This document shows, piece by piece, positions 13,658 to 27,849 of a DNA stretch of 64,000 nucleotides (the first letter of the stretch is position 1; each line of letters opens with the position of its first letter). Source of the DNA: Antedon mediterranea (taxonomy: Eukaryota > Animalia > Echinodermata). The DNA lies in the NCBI RefSeq assembly GCF_964355755.1, contig NC_092680.1, positions 4,340,001 through 4,404,000 of the forward strand, written 5' to 3'. Under the pieces are notes generated by a model. It was not told where the DNA came from. It did no database searches and worked only from the letters and a program-made list of their open reading frames with translations. The translations under genes and the position numbers were made by a program.

Positions 13658-16074
13658 TAACATGGCCATGATGTGCTCTATTTCGCAACTGCGCACTAGA
13701 TTCTACACCCAGAAGTGTACTATATTTCAGAGTTTATATAACGATTCTCAATAATCGTGTCCTTTTTGAGATCCAGTGATTATTAGTAAGTGTAAACGAG
13801 GCATTTCATTAACAGCAATTTATGGACCGTGTTAGCCAAATCCCGCAATGTTATTAGACTTTATCGATCTGATTTTTCCAAGGACAAAAAAATATGTAAC
13901 CATGGAAACAAAGTAAAAACGTGTCAAGGCGCTACATTATAAAAATTGACGGCTCTTTTGCTCTTTTTTAAAGATTTTTTGCTTGATGTTAAAATATAAT
14001 ATAATAATTGTGTTAATAGTATAATGATATCGGTCGGTTTCGATTTGGTAATTATATTAAGTAGTTATACACTAGTAGATTACAACCTATTATCACTATA
14101 TTAAGTTTTTTGTTTTAACTGAACGAGTATGGTTCAGGATAAAAAAAGAATTATTTTAAAATATAACGCAATATGCCTACACAACCGCAGAATTATTTGT
14201 GTTCCATTGCATCTCATACGGTATCATGTTTAGCTGTCAAGAAACAGCATGCAGTATCGTGACTGCTGACAGCAACAGATCCATCCATAAACTTAAACAT
14301 AATCCTTTATAATCTCCATCAGCCCGCAATAGCAGCATACTACGGTTGCTGTAGCAGACACATTTCAAGGCAATATCATCTAACAACAGGACAATGAGCT
14401 CGCCCTACAAAGATAGGAACTCGTAACAGTCCTTTAATCTTATGTCTGGCTGCGACACATACCAACAATACTGTACTATGTATATATTCTCCTCGGCACG
14501 GTGTCTATTTCAGCAGGGCGTCGAACTGATCGTATCGCAGCCACAGATAAACCCTTTGATTTCCGGAATTCAGCATCTTGTTGCTAGATTGTCTTGTACA
14601 TAATACGTAATTGTCGTTAGACGTGATATCGCACCCATCATGTCGAGTGAACTATAAAGTTTTACTAGAGGTCTTTCCATGTTGGTTCGTTTTTTTGACA
14701 TCATAACAGGCCTACTTTGTATTCCACTCAATAAAGAAATATTGTTACGTCATTATGACGTGTTGAATGTAATAAATAATAATGCTTTATTGTTGAAGAA
14801 ACGAACAGGTATAATGTGTATTAATTATGTATTTAGGCTCAATTTGTATATGCACGTGTGCATAATAAATTACCTATGTCTGTCTAATGCATTTAATATA
14901 ACTAAAACAGGTCATATTAGTATGACGTTTTTTAAACATTATTGATAAATTTACTTTTAACAAAATTCACAGGGTTAGTGATGTGTGGTAGGCGGGTTTG
15001 GGAACAACAGGGGAAGGGGGGCTGTGAAGCTGTCAAGACAACAGCACTTAGAAGTCATATTACCAATGCCCTAGAGAATAACAACTTTGATCAATTAATA
15101 ATATTAATTGATCAAAGTTGTTATTCTCTAGTTTTTTTTGTACAATATATGACTAGAGTATTTCCATAGCTTATAATACAATACCTTTGCAATAAATGAG
15201 AAATGATAGGAAAGGAGATATCGCAGTATGCGAATAAAACGAGTATGGAAAGCTGAATATGCCAAAGTGAGGGAATGTACACTTACGAAGACACATATCT
15301 TCAATTGAATCTTGTGGACGAAAATGCCTATGATGATGATGATGAGGAAGCTTTGGCGCAATATGGTATATGATAGACGGGGGAGGGGAAATATATCCTA
15401 TAGGTGGTTCTGCCATTGTTTTATGTGCATTTCTATTTGGTTTTTTTAAATAAATGTTTCTAAACTGCGAACAATCACAATAAATTGTAAAAATGAAAAC
15501 ATTTTTTTAAAATTACAAACGCAGATTGCTTACATAAATAACAATGCTAGATCTCAATGGAGATACACATTAAGAATTATATAATATTAACGACTAGTCT
15601 ATAGCAACAGCATGGGAAAACGAGTTATTTAAATGTAGTGTGTCTATCCTAATTCACAAAGAGTCATTTAGGTTAATATGCATATCCCATAATACTCTAA
15701 TTATAAATAATTATTACAAATCTCAGCGCAATGATTGCAGCTGCACGTTTAAATTAATATCTGTAGGATTCGTAAATTTCTGCGTAAAGTATTAACCCAG
15801 GATTATGATTCTATCAACACAATGAAAAGAAGGTTAGTACGTTCTATATCCTTAAAAGGCTTTAATAACTAGGCGTCGGTATTAAAACAACCTGCTAGTT
15901 TTATACTTAAGAGAATAACTATTAATGCATAAGCATAATAATACATTAAGGCCCATTGAAGAAATATGTAACATAAATTGCACATTACATAAACTTCTAA
16001 TGAACTTGTCATGAAAGTGGTATATAGAATAGAAAATTACATTACTCCTGTAATATTAAAATTTGCATTCATTG

Positions 16075-16285
16075 TGACGTCATCGAACTAAAAGTATGAA
16101 GGTAACACCTGCAAAAGATAATTGTCTGAGCAAGAACATATTGAAATATGAAAAAAAAAAATACTTGTGCTGTTAAATGTCTTTGATTCGGGTCTCGGTG
16201 AGATACAATACCAATTGACGTCACCGAACTAAAAATATGAAGGTAACACTTGCAAAGAGAATTGTCTGAGAAAGAACATATTGAA
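16075..16285. repeat. local ~141-bp-period duplication
   Basis: TGACGTCAYCGAACTAAAARTATGAAGGTAACAC...AAGAACATATTGAA occurs at 16075 and 16216. Confidence 0.7.
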
Positions 16286-18538
16286 CTGAGAATAACGGGT
16301 GAATGCATTTTTAGCCTATTATTGTTATCACTATTTCTATTATGACGTCAGAAACTGTACCAAAATGTTGTTTTATCTAACTGTTCCTGACTTTTTTGGA
16401 CCCTGCCACAAAAACACCGTGGTCTAGTGGAAATGAAAATGACTTTTGTTTAATGTCATGTCTTTGATTCGTGTCTCGGTTAGATACAATAACACTCTCT
16501 CAGTCGTCGGCAGACGTTTCAACTTCCAATCATTTATGTATTGCTGTAGGTTTTCACTAAGATTATATTACTTGAACAAGCGACTTACGAATGATTTACT
16601 GTCAGTCAGTGCAACATTCATCTTCTGACCATAAACACATTATTGAATGTGAAACATAGAGATGTCTTTATTTGCTCACAGCATTGGCTTCTTCGTTATG
16701 TTTAGTTGCAAATGAGAAGTGGAAGTGTTTTTCTAAATGAAGCCTAATCAATGAATGAACTATGAAGATCTGACACTTTATAAAACAAAAACAAGTGTGA
16801 TATCATGCTGTCATTTTCTGTTATTGTAAAGCCTAACATTTTCGCGGCCCTAAATTTTCGCGATTTGAGTTTCATGTCGTCTTCTACAATTTGACGAACC
16901 AAATTAACGAATGTATTTCGCCTCCGCGATGAACGTCAAACATTGAATAGCGCCAGTAAAATCATGAATACGCGATTGTAAAATATCCATTAACCACACT
17001 TTGAAGTAAATTCTCGCCAATAGGATTGATGATATCGCTTCAATGTCATATCATGTGCTTATAAAATAATATTAATGTTAAGAAATATGAATCTTGTATT
17101 CTTTATAGAAAACAAACGATTGACAGATTTCATAAAAGAGCCAAGATAATGAAACCAAGCTTAACTTGCCGGAAATTAGAAAACGTGGTTGCAAAAAGGC
17201 CTCCTTTTTTTTTTACAAAACTAAAATTGTTATTTTTTCCTGATTCATTTTTTATTTAAGACAGGACCACAATGCAAAACAGGTTTTCGTTTACCTGATT
17301 GTGTAATCTTGTATAAAAAAATAAAAAAATAGGCCTAGTGTCTTTAAGTGAAATACAGTGAAGACCTTAACATGTTTGTTTTTTAGAAGGTAGAATTATT
17401 GATTATCGTTGATTGTCTTATAAAACAGTATACACTATTTGCCCTGTTCAATAAACTTGAAAAGTGATGTGATGATGTTATATCACTACCATATTTGGGC
17501 ACATCACATTTTTGTTGTCACATAAAGTTTGATAGTGTAGATAGAGCTTTATCAACAATATACATTTAATTTTAATGGATGATACCATTTATTTAATAAG
17601 CTAATTTATTAAATGCAGTAGGCCTACAAAACGTTTCGATCTCTTAATCAGAGATCTTTATCAACTACAATGACATTTGATGATGATGATTTCGCGTTTG
17701 GTCAAACTTGCCTTGTGGTTGCGTCCCTGCGTGGTGTTAAGTGTGAACCAAACTTAACAGTCTAAATGAAATTCTTCGACGAAGATTATTTTATTGTATC
17801 ATTTTTTTTTATTATATTAAATTATACCAAATTTTCCTAATATGAATTGTTAAATATAGTGATTTTAAAACAGAATTACACTGCTATACATAATGTCATT
17901 GTGGACAACATAGTAATGAAGTAATTAATCAAGCTCATGTAATACCACTGTTATATTATGTAAATTTAGACTATTATTACAAATCTATATCCTTTTTTGA
18001 AAGATTTATAGTCAATAAAGGACTTGTTTATTGTACTTTAAGTAATAGCCTACGTTGCCGATAATCATGATACTAAAAGTGATATATTATATAAATTTTG
18101 CTGTTCGTCACTACGGGGTATTTTAGACATAAAATACATATAGTTGCGGGTGGATAATGAACTCGTGATATATATATGAGTTGTGAAGACTCAAACAGTC
18201 GATAAAGGCCTAGATCTAAGAATAATAAACTACCTATAGATAATGGTTATTTCATTTCTTATCTCAAAATCAATTGCTTGTTAAATAATATTTGAACCAT
18301 ATTTCAATTTAAGCATTTGACTAAATGTGAATTAAGTATACACGAATTAAGATACATGCATTATAAAAACATTCCTCATATCAATCAAGTTCGAAAGAAT
18401 ATTGTTGTATGAAGAAAAAAAAGTTTAATGGGTTCAAAGGGAAAAAAAATCACACATCACTCTTGTATGAGTTGTTCAGTGCTTTTTAGTGCAACATTAT
18501 ATAACGTATCATATTATATCTACAGTGTTGTCGCGGTA

Positions 18539-18727
18539 AGTCTGTCTACACTATCAATCTTTAAGTGACAAAAAATGTGATGTGCCCATTTGGGCATATC
18601 ACTACAGTAACTATTTAGGCATATTAAACTTTTTTTCACATACAGTTTGATAGTAGAGACAGAGATTTATCAAAAATATAATACATTTCATTTTATTATC
18701 AAACTAGTTTGATAGTGAGACAGAGCT
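18539..18727. mobile_element. MITE family 1 copy with duplicated right end
   Basis: TCTGTCTACACTATCAA left end; two right-end motifs (TTTGATAGTAGAGACAGAG and TTTGATAGTGAGACAGAGCT). Confidence 0.65.
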
Positions 18728-20014
18728 TTATTCACTCATATTAATCTTACTGCTTTGTATTTATTCTTAATAAACACAGTCGTCAAAGTACTTTAAAAGC
18801 GAGAACAAAAAAGTATTTTTATTTTTTAATTTAATTGTTTTGACTAAAACTAATAACACGCATAAAGAAATAACATATCAAAACATTATAATACACCAGT
18901 GTTCATAATATGAAAAAAAAATTATCGATTTATTTGGATTACGATGAAAAGTTTGCCTTTATCGAATAGATTATGAAATAATATTTGTTCTTTTATTATT
19001 CTTAAACCATAAAAATGAACGTATATGATCCAATGGAATAGATTTCAATTGAAATCGTTATTTAACAACCACGGAAAGGAGACAAATTAAGATGTTCTGC
19101 TAGTTATTTGTGAGGAGATTCAGCTGAGCTCGTATTTTGTCGAATTCGTTGCTAGACATATGTAAACAGCCTTAACTTGAAATGAGAAAATTAATTAAAT
19201 TCTCCAAACTATGTTCGAAAATATTTCAGTAAACTAGGTTAATGAAAATGTTATGTCTTTATCACAAAAAAATCATAAATAACGTGAATTTAAGGATGTC
19301 ATCAGTAGGAATGCAGTGAGTTATTACTTTAATAGTACGTTTTTTGTTTTATTCTCGAATCACGAAACCAGAAAGCCGAAAACATATCCATACAGCTATT
19401 CTGTGAAGATTTACAATAATTGAACATTAAATGGAATTTGAATTGAATAATATTATTTCCCACTTCTAAGTGGTTTACTAATTACAATAATATTTATGTT
19501 GCTAATGCGATTGATTTAAGTCACAATGATGTTTTATTTAATTAAATTCCATTAAACTCCAAATGTCAACTTGTACTCAAGGACATCGAATCACCTGTTC
19601 AATTTGGCATCTATTTTTCTAGATAATTAATTTGCTAAATGTATATATAACATCAACACGTAAAGACGAGGTGAGGGTTACGTCGTGGACAAAGTATTGT
19701 TGAGTGCCCTCGCGTGACGTAAAATGTATCATACTTTGTCAATCTAATGTCTATCTTTTAGATTATTTAGAAGAAGGAAACATGCGCCATCGTTAAATTA
19801 TTTATATGTTTTATTTCGTCATCATACTTCTTTTACTTGTGACTATGGGCACGTACGTGTAATTTAGTAATTTGCTATCGACACGGTTAACCGTAAAATA
19901 CTAATGTTTTCTCAGGAAGGTGTACCCCTGGTATACCCTCATTTGCGATGAAGACGTCCTGCGAATCATATTCAAGTAGTCTTTTTACTGTATAGCATTG
20001 CGCCACTTGTCTTA

Positions 20015-20159
20015 AGCTCTGTCTACACTGTCAAACTATTTTGACAACAAAAAATTTGCCTAAATATGGTAGCGATATACCCAAATAGTGATATGGCATC
20101 ATGTCTATGGGTACATCACATTTTGTTGTCACATAAAGTTTGATAGTGTAGATAGAGCT
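20015..20159. mobile_element. MITE family 1 copy
   Basis: AGCTCTGTCTACACTGTCAAACT ... AGTTTGATAGTGTAGATAGAGCT TIRs. Confidence 0.8.
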
Positions 20160-20975
20160 GAAGGGATACTACGTTTACCGGGGGATAGTTTATTACCATT
20201 AGTTAGGGTCTAATGTAAAGCACCTAGAGGGGTCAGTGATCCATTAATCGCTATATAAATATTGGTTATTATTATTATTATTATTATTTAAGCATCTAAT
20301 GCAGTCGTACATTTTGTTACTTATTCCAGGGAGTACAACTCCCTGCTTATTCTTCCCATTTTTAGATACTAATATTGATAAAGAGTTAATCAGTAGACTT
20401 AAGGCTTAGGCTGCTCAAGCCACGGTCACTAAAACCTGCCGAGGTATTGGAGTGTTATTTGCGATGGCGTACTCTTACTCAACCTATACTAAATTTCTAT
20501 AGCACAAACTGAATCGAAGATTTTTTTTATGAATACACAGACAGATGGATTACCGACAATTTAGTATATAGCTTATTCTAAATCCTATTTTTCTTAAGTA
20601 CTACAGTGAAACAGAAAGTCGATTTAATAATACTATCTTACTTCCAGGCTATTTTTCTTTAAAAATGTATCGATCTCTTACAGGTGAACTAAATCACAAA
20701 TAATGTTATTGAATGTTGTATTACACATAAAGGCACAATCAGAGTGTTCTGGGAAACGAAAACATCGAGACTGCTATTGAAAAATCTTCAAAATCGATAA
20801 CGACCTTTGCTTCTACCTACGGCAAATAACAAAAATAATAATCGCTGCACATTCACTTGATAATCAGAGCCCAGAAGAAGAGAAAATTATTGTCATGGTT
20901 TGTTATTGTCATTTGATGAATGTTTTTCACCTGTTGCATCTGGAGCAATAAAATAAAAAAACATACTACGCAATT

Positions 20976-21385
20976 GAGTTGAGGTGCGGCCGAAAGGAGT
21001 TGTCGTGTGTGAGCGAGTTGTTATGGAGACCGAGTTGACGTGTGAGACCGAGTTGTTATGGGACAGAGTTGTGTTTGAGAGAGTTGTTATGGGACAGGGT
21101 TGTCGTGTGTTAGAGAGTTGTTATGGGAGAGAGTTTTTGTGTGTGAGCGAGTTGTTATGGGACCGAGTTGTCGTGTGTGAGCGAGTTGTCATTGTACCGA
21201 GTTGACGTGAAACCGCGTTGACGTGAGACCTATAGACCTGTGTGTTACCGAGTTTTCATTGTACCGAGTTGACGCAAGACCGAGTTGACGCGAGACTGAG
21301 TTGTGGAACCGACTTGACGTGGGTTCTAAGTAACTTAGACCAAGTTGAAAACGAGTTGTAGAATCGAGTTGACGTGGTTCCGAGT
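20976..21385 (+). repeat. degenerate minisatellite, ~16-18-nt units with a GAGTTG core
   Basis: Over 20 units such as CGAGTTGTTATGGGAC, CGAGTTGTCGTGTGTGAG, CGAGTTGACGTGAAAC. Confidence 0.85.
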
Positions 21386-23129
21386 GAAAGTAGTGTCTTT
21401 ATTGCTAAAACAATTTTCTGAAAAACTGATTACCGCATGGGTGTGTGACATTTTCGTATTTTCCTAGTTACCATTCGCCATGCTTCTTTAGATAAAAATT
21501 TCAATTAGGCCTAATACGTTTATTATGCGCATACTGGGCTCATTTATCCCCGCTTAATCTAAGCTTTACGAGTTTTTCTTCTTCTATCTTGTTGACCTAT
21601 ATTAGAACAAAGTGCGTAAGTTAATATTTTAAAGATGAAAACTATGCATTTGATGCTTGGGATTTGCACATATGTCGTAGTTTAATAGAAAAATATGAAA
21701 TTTTAAATAATAATTTGTAACGTTGAATGATTGATTGCATAAAAACATTAGGATTTGATATGTCATATATCGGCTAATTCGTTACCATACATGATTTATC
21801 TATCTGGGTTTCACGCTGGTGAATTATGTTATAAGCCAATATTATTCATAGGATTTTTACATCAGCTCAACTCATCCAAAAAAGGCAATGATGAAATCAA
21901 ACGTTAATTCATTTAATCTATATTATTATCATTACCGTAATAAAGCTGATTTTGATGTATGTAATAAAAAGAACTAATCTCATATACTTGTCATAATTAC
22001 GAAAATGAATACATAAATGGTTGTATTTCACTAGTTTATGGGTGTAACATATATTAAAACAAATTGCATTATGTAATACAGTAATTTGGGTTTTTTAAGT
22101 TCGAGTTTTTATTATGGCGTTTCACACGATACTACTTAAGCTAATATACTCTTCAGACATCAAAACACCGTGGTGGACTAACACAAAAATGACAATAGCT
22201 ACAGACTTGGGGCAAGTCTAGGCCTATACGATTATCTATAAAGTGGGATAGCTGCCTTCGTCTCATACGCATTCGATTTGAGAGTACATTTTAGGACCTC
22301 TATCAAACATTAAATTAAATTATGTTGCGATAATGTTTTAATTAGCACCTTTACATTTGAATAATTTCAAATAAACTATTCTTAAACAAAATAATATTCC
22401 GCACTCTAATGTTCTGGTGGTACCTGTATCACGTTATGGAAGAAAACAGATGTTTATATTAATTTATATTGATTATTTAATGATTATAATTGATTCATTG
22501 TTCGCCAACATAATTTCCACATATCCGACATTCAATATTTTGTATATTATCTCGCATTATCAATATTTAAATCAACATTACCACTTGTTGTAACGCTAAG
22601 TTCGAACTTGAAATCTGCTTTGTAAAGGAAGCTTTTTCATTCTAGCTACATATTATATCTTCACGTTGATAACACTGCTTAGAGTTGGCGCCATGTATTA
22701 TCAATATTAGATCGATTAAGTAAATGCTAGATTACCTTAATGACTACTATAATTAGATATTAACTAATTACTCAACAATTGGAAGTATACGTTTAGGCCT
22801 AATAGATATGGATTTAGGCCTAAGTTCTTAAATATGGCTTGAAGAGAGAAACACGTTTTCAATGTTGTTTCCCTGAAAAAATAATGTTTCATTTTTATTG
22901 GTTATTTTAATGTCCTATAATACGGTAGTTCACTTTTACCAAAATATTGGATCGATAAAAAGATGTGATAAATGACTTTCCTTTCATAATTATATAATAT
23001 ATTATTACATAATTTTGAAAAACAAGATGAATGAAACAAAATGTTCATTAGGCTATGATTTTATTATTAATATTAAAAATCAAATCATTTATCTTGTTTT
23101 TTAATGTGTTAATTATGTGGTTAACTTGA

Positions 23130-23451
23130 AGATGTATTGTCCCCCTGAAAAATATATTCTTTTGTTGAATATGCCATTTTAATGTCACATTATAGTTATC
23201 CACTTTGACCAAAAATTGGATATAAACAACATGTATTTACCTGAAAAAAAAAAATAATTTAAAGCAAAAAATTGTCAAATTGGCTGCCAGCCAATTAATT
23301 TTAGGTTTAATTTATAATGTTATTTAATAAATGAAACCATTTTTTCCGTTTTTTTTTCTATATAAGTGATTAAATTTATCAAAACTACAAAATAACCCTA
23401 AAGTCTGATTTAATTAATCTTCATTTTTCATGTTTTTGGGGGACAATACAT
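23130..23451. mobile_element. Kolobok-like MITE
   Basis: AGATGTATTGTCCCCC ... GGGGGACAATACAT TIR; inverted relative to the 24189 copy. Confidence 0.7.
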
Positions 23452-24188
23452 TATTTGTGTAATGCTTAAATCAGAATCACAAATGTTGTGGAATATAATA
23501 CATCATTAATCCTTCTCTTAAAATGTTAGCACATATTACTCCTCAATTTATTCTGTACTGGTACCAGCTACCTATACATTTCCTCAATGCACTTGCTAAA
23601 TTTGGTAATTAGATATATTATGAAACACTTAATAGGCCTAAACTAATCTTGTTTAAGTTTAATAAATGGGATAGTAAAACCAATATTACGTTAATTCAAT
23701 AACATTCTGTGCAATTTAAGGATAAGCTAAACAATTGCAAACAGATTCTTTGCTATTTAATAACCTATACAAATATGTAATTACTTTAATTAAGCATTTG
23801 TAATTGGCCAAAGGTTGTTGTTTTTATTTAGCACTTATAAAACATTTGGAATGTCAAGAGTGGTTTTCATGAAAATTGCACTTAAGCAAAACATCAGCGC
23901 TAATTGCACGGTGTAAGCATACAAGTAGAAGTCAAGTGTATAGTGTAATTTAAATGAATCATTAATATGATTATTACGAATTAAGAGACGTTTACTATTA
24001 TAACAATATCATAGTGCAGGAGAAGCCCTTTGTTTTAGTAGGTTTTCTGTATACACTCTAGTTTGTAATGCATTGTCAAGTGTACTTTCTTAGAAATGAC
24101 TTTATCTAAAATACTTGTCAATACATTGCATGTTGACTAATATTGTTTATAAGTATTTCATTTAATGCTTTGTATTTTATTTTATTAA

Positions 24189-24496
24189 AGATGTATTTTC
24201 ACCCCAAGACATGAAAAATGAAGATTAAATAAGTCGGACTTTGAATAGGTTATTTAGTAGTTTAATCACTTCCGTAGAAAAAAAAAAGTGTTCACTTATA
24301 AAATAACATAATAAATGGTTAAATTCAACTAAAAATCACCCAATTTGACCTTTTTGCTTTAAATTATAGTTTTTCCAGGTAAATAAATTTTGTATAGATA
24401 CAATGTTTTGGTCAAAGTGGATAACTATTATGTGACATTAAAATGGCACATTCAACAACAAAAAATTAAATTTTTTTCAGGGGGGACAATACATCT
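24189..24496. mobile_element. Kolobok-like MITE
   Basis: TTAA|AGATGTATT ... AATACATCT|TTAA: TTAA TSD and purine-purine terminus typical of Kolobok; partial copy at about 49065-49245. Confidence 0.72.
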
Positions 24497-26534
24497 TTAA
24501 GTTTACTCATTGTTCTTGAGAATGGTTCGATGATGGTTCCGAAACATCGTTCTTTTTTTTCATGAAATTGTATTTCAAATAATATAATTATTATAGTTAA
24601 AACTGTTACAAACAAGATAACAATAAAGACACCAGCACAATCATGTTTCATATGATTTTAATATACATAAATTTATACATCTATAGCCACGACGCGTTAC
24701 ACAAACATATGGTAACGTGGCAATGCGTTACGTCAGTATGTCAATAATAGTGTGGATGCGTTACTCGTCAAACCATTGCGTTTCACATTATTTTCATCGT
24801 ATCTAATTTCTAGAAGCAAAATCATTATGTTGTCTGTTATACGTTATAAGATAAAAGTTGTCATCTGTATACCATACATCCATACAAATACTGTGTCCAA
24901 CTCTTAAAAACTAAAAATAGATACAAAATAAATGCCACATTGCAAATACCGCAATAACTTTGATTAACATGAATCCAGTACAAACATCTACACCGTGACT
25001 TTATTTGACTAGCACGTACAACGTCTGAGTGAAATACGAAATACATCTTAAATACATGGCTAAAATATAGCGCGCTAAATATTATATAATAATATATCAA
25101 AATCCAATAGTTAGTTTTCGTTATCATAACCAGTGTAAAGGCATTTGCAATGATAACGAGACAAAGACAACAATGACAGTAGGTCACAATTAACATCCAT
25201 CCATATAATGTATCTTATCGGTAAAATTATGTATATAGATTACAGATATTTCTTTTTCATTTATTTATTCATATTTCCTCAATTATTTATTATTTTATTT
25301 ACCACAAAATATTAAAATAACAACGGTGAACAAGACACATAACTTTCATATTTTATTTATGTTGTATGTATTAAAACTTAATCAATTGTGTGAAAAATCA
25401 ATTATTTAAGTGTAGGCCTAATTGTCGAATACGGCCAAAATATGATTCGTAAACAAAACCCAACAATACCGCGACATATTTTAACTGGAATATGGTGGTC
25501 AATTTTGTCTATTGTGTTTCTTCTGACAATACGGCTATTGTTGTAAGCCTACAGTGTGAACATATTTAATAAGTAAAACACTGAATTAACACATGGCTAT
25601 GCATCGTCATTAGATATCATTTGATAAGGAAAGAGTAGATAGGCCTACACTAAACTTATATCAATCAATCGTGGACACATAATGTTGATCATCACCTTGA
25701 TTCGACAGAGATAAAAGTGAAATAGTAAACATAGCTTCATAATTATGAGGAAGCAAAAAAAGTGAGAATTCAAGAGTAGGATAGGCCTCGTCGTGGATCA
25801 CAATTGTTTCTATTTTATCGTAAAATAGATTACGAAAATACAATTTCTAAAACATCAATTAACAATATACACATGAGTATTTACAATTTAATAATTTAAA
25901 ATCATTTCTTCAAGTTCAAGTCATATTACAAATCTTAAATAAATCTCTCTTATAATATATACTTTTATTCTCATTTCTCTTTCTTTATACAGGATTAAAC
26001 ATATTTCATAAAAAAACTATGGATCAAAACAATAGTAAGGGTCTTTGAGATCTTCAATATTATGACGTCACGACAAACAAATTAAAGTCGACAAATTACT
26101 GTATTGAAGTACAACTCTGACCTTTTTCGTAATGCAATGCGCAAATGTCACTTAAATGTAAAATTACATCATTATATAACAACAATCTTTTACAAAATAT
26201 TAATATTAATGTTAATTCTTATAAATAAACAACATATCATATATTATTCTACTATGTATTATAAAAACATGAAGTAATTTTCGCGTCATAAACGTGTCAT
26301 ATATTCGAAGAAGACTATTCATGCATTCTCATAAAATAACACTTTTTCCAAGACCTAATTGACTAATAAGTTTGAAGGTATTATTTTTGGTTCGCATTCA
26401 GCGCAGCGCAAGGACGCAAACCCGTGAGCACCGATGACGCGGCAGATCATCCGAACTGTGATTGGTCTACTAACTTGCGTTGCGCGTACTGTAGGCCTTT
26501 GCGTTCCGTCCAAATGGGACTCAAGCTTTAATAA

Positions 26535-26677
26535 AACTCTGTCTACACTATCGAACTTTTTGTGACAAAACAATGTGATGTGCCCATACATGATGTCATA
26601 TCACTACCATATTTGGGTATATCACTACCATATTTGGGCACATCACACTTTATTTTGTCAAACTAGTAGACAGAGCA
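26535..26677. mobile_element. MITE family 1 copy between family-2-like fragments
   Basis: CTCTGTCTACACTATCGAAC ... GTAGACAGAGC; flanked on both sides by GACGC...GATCATCMGAACTGTGATTRGTCTAC fragments. Confidence 0.65.
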
Positions 26678-27278
26678 TAAGACGCAGCACAAGCACGTAC
26701 GCAAACCCAAAGACGCGAGGATCATCAGAACTGTGATTAGTCTACGGATGGCTGTCTTGAATCAAAATAATAAGAAATAAAAGAGAAAAAAAAAATGAAC
26801 AGCAACAGTCATTTAAATGCAACTTAGGTCATGTTGAAAATCAGTACATTTCTTATAAGAATAATCATCAATCAACCTAATAAAGTATTAATGTAAAATA
26901 TATCAAGGGTTCGTGTGATAAATATCATATCCCGAAGGTTTCATTCTTTCTCAATTAGGCAAATTTAACGCAAGGGTCATTTCGAGGGGAACACGTAAGC
27001 AGGGTGTTGTAACATAGAGTATAAAACACGTATGTGGTTTTTTAAGAAATAAAACGATTTTTAAAATTGATATCTGTCTAACTTAATGGAAAGGATCTTG
27101 TCATTTCCAATGAATAAACATAACGTACCGTATATAAAGGTATAAAAACTGTTTCTGGAGAAATAAAACGTATTTCTTTCGATATATTTTTTTTCCTAAT
27201 TTAACGGACAGAGTCTTATCATTTCCAACGAATAAGAAAATAGCAAGATTATCGTAAAACCAATTCTTCAACGTATAA

Positions 27279-27347
27279 AGCCGATTTTCCACTAGGCGAA
27301 TTCACTTTCGATTCGCGCGAACAAATTCGCCTAGTGGAAAATCAGCT
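27279..27347. mobile_element. 69-bp Harbinger-like mini-MITE
   Basis: TAA|AGCCGATTTTCCACTAGGCGAATT ... AATTCGCCTAGTGGAAAATCAGCT|TAA; a longer degraded relative at about 3840-4117. Confidence 0.7.
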
Positions 27348-27692
27348 TAAGAGGCATTGGTACTGTGGCTGAGAGTGCAACTTGAATTTTACAAGAGATA
27401 ATATCTGTCAAAACGAAATTGATTACAATGACAAGGTGTAAATTAATTGAGGATAATTCTGTCGGATGAAGAGCTTGACTAAACATGAAATCGTGATGAC
27501 AAGATGTCTTACGATTCACAGCGTTATTATACTTAAGACGTTCTTCTTCAACAAATAGTCTTTACACACACAGCTGTATATCCAATTCACACTCATCGCT
27601 ACATTGTATTGTTTATTTATAATTTACGAGAGTCTAAATAATTCGTATATAAGGGCCCGTTTATATAACACGGTTCTACGTTGGCGTGATAT

Positions 27693-27849
27693 GACTGGCT
27701 CCTACTAGAGACGCAACACAGGGACGTAACGCAACGTAAGTGAATTGACCAATCACAAGCAATGGATTATTCGAACTGTCTCTTGTCATTGGTTAACGCG
27801 CTTGCGTTGCGTTTACGTCCTTGCGTTACGTACTAGGGGGAACCATGCT
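27693..27849 (-). mobile_element. MITE family 2, diverged copy in reverse orientation
   Basis: CGCTTGCGTTGCGTTTACGTCCTTGCGTTACG is the reverse complement of the family-2 left arm. Confidence 0.7.

Noticed and set aside
20976-21385. CRISPR-like array or 73-aa ORF
   Set aside because: Core is only 6-7 nt and spacers recur; the ORF is a translation of the minisatellite
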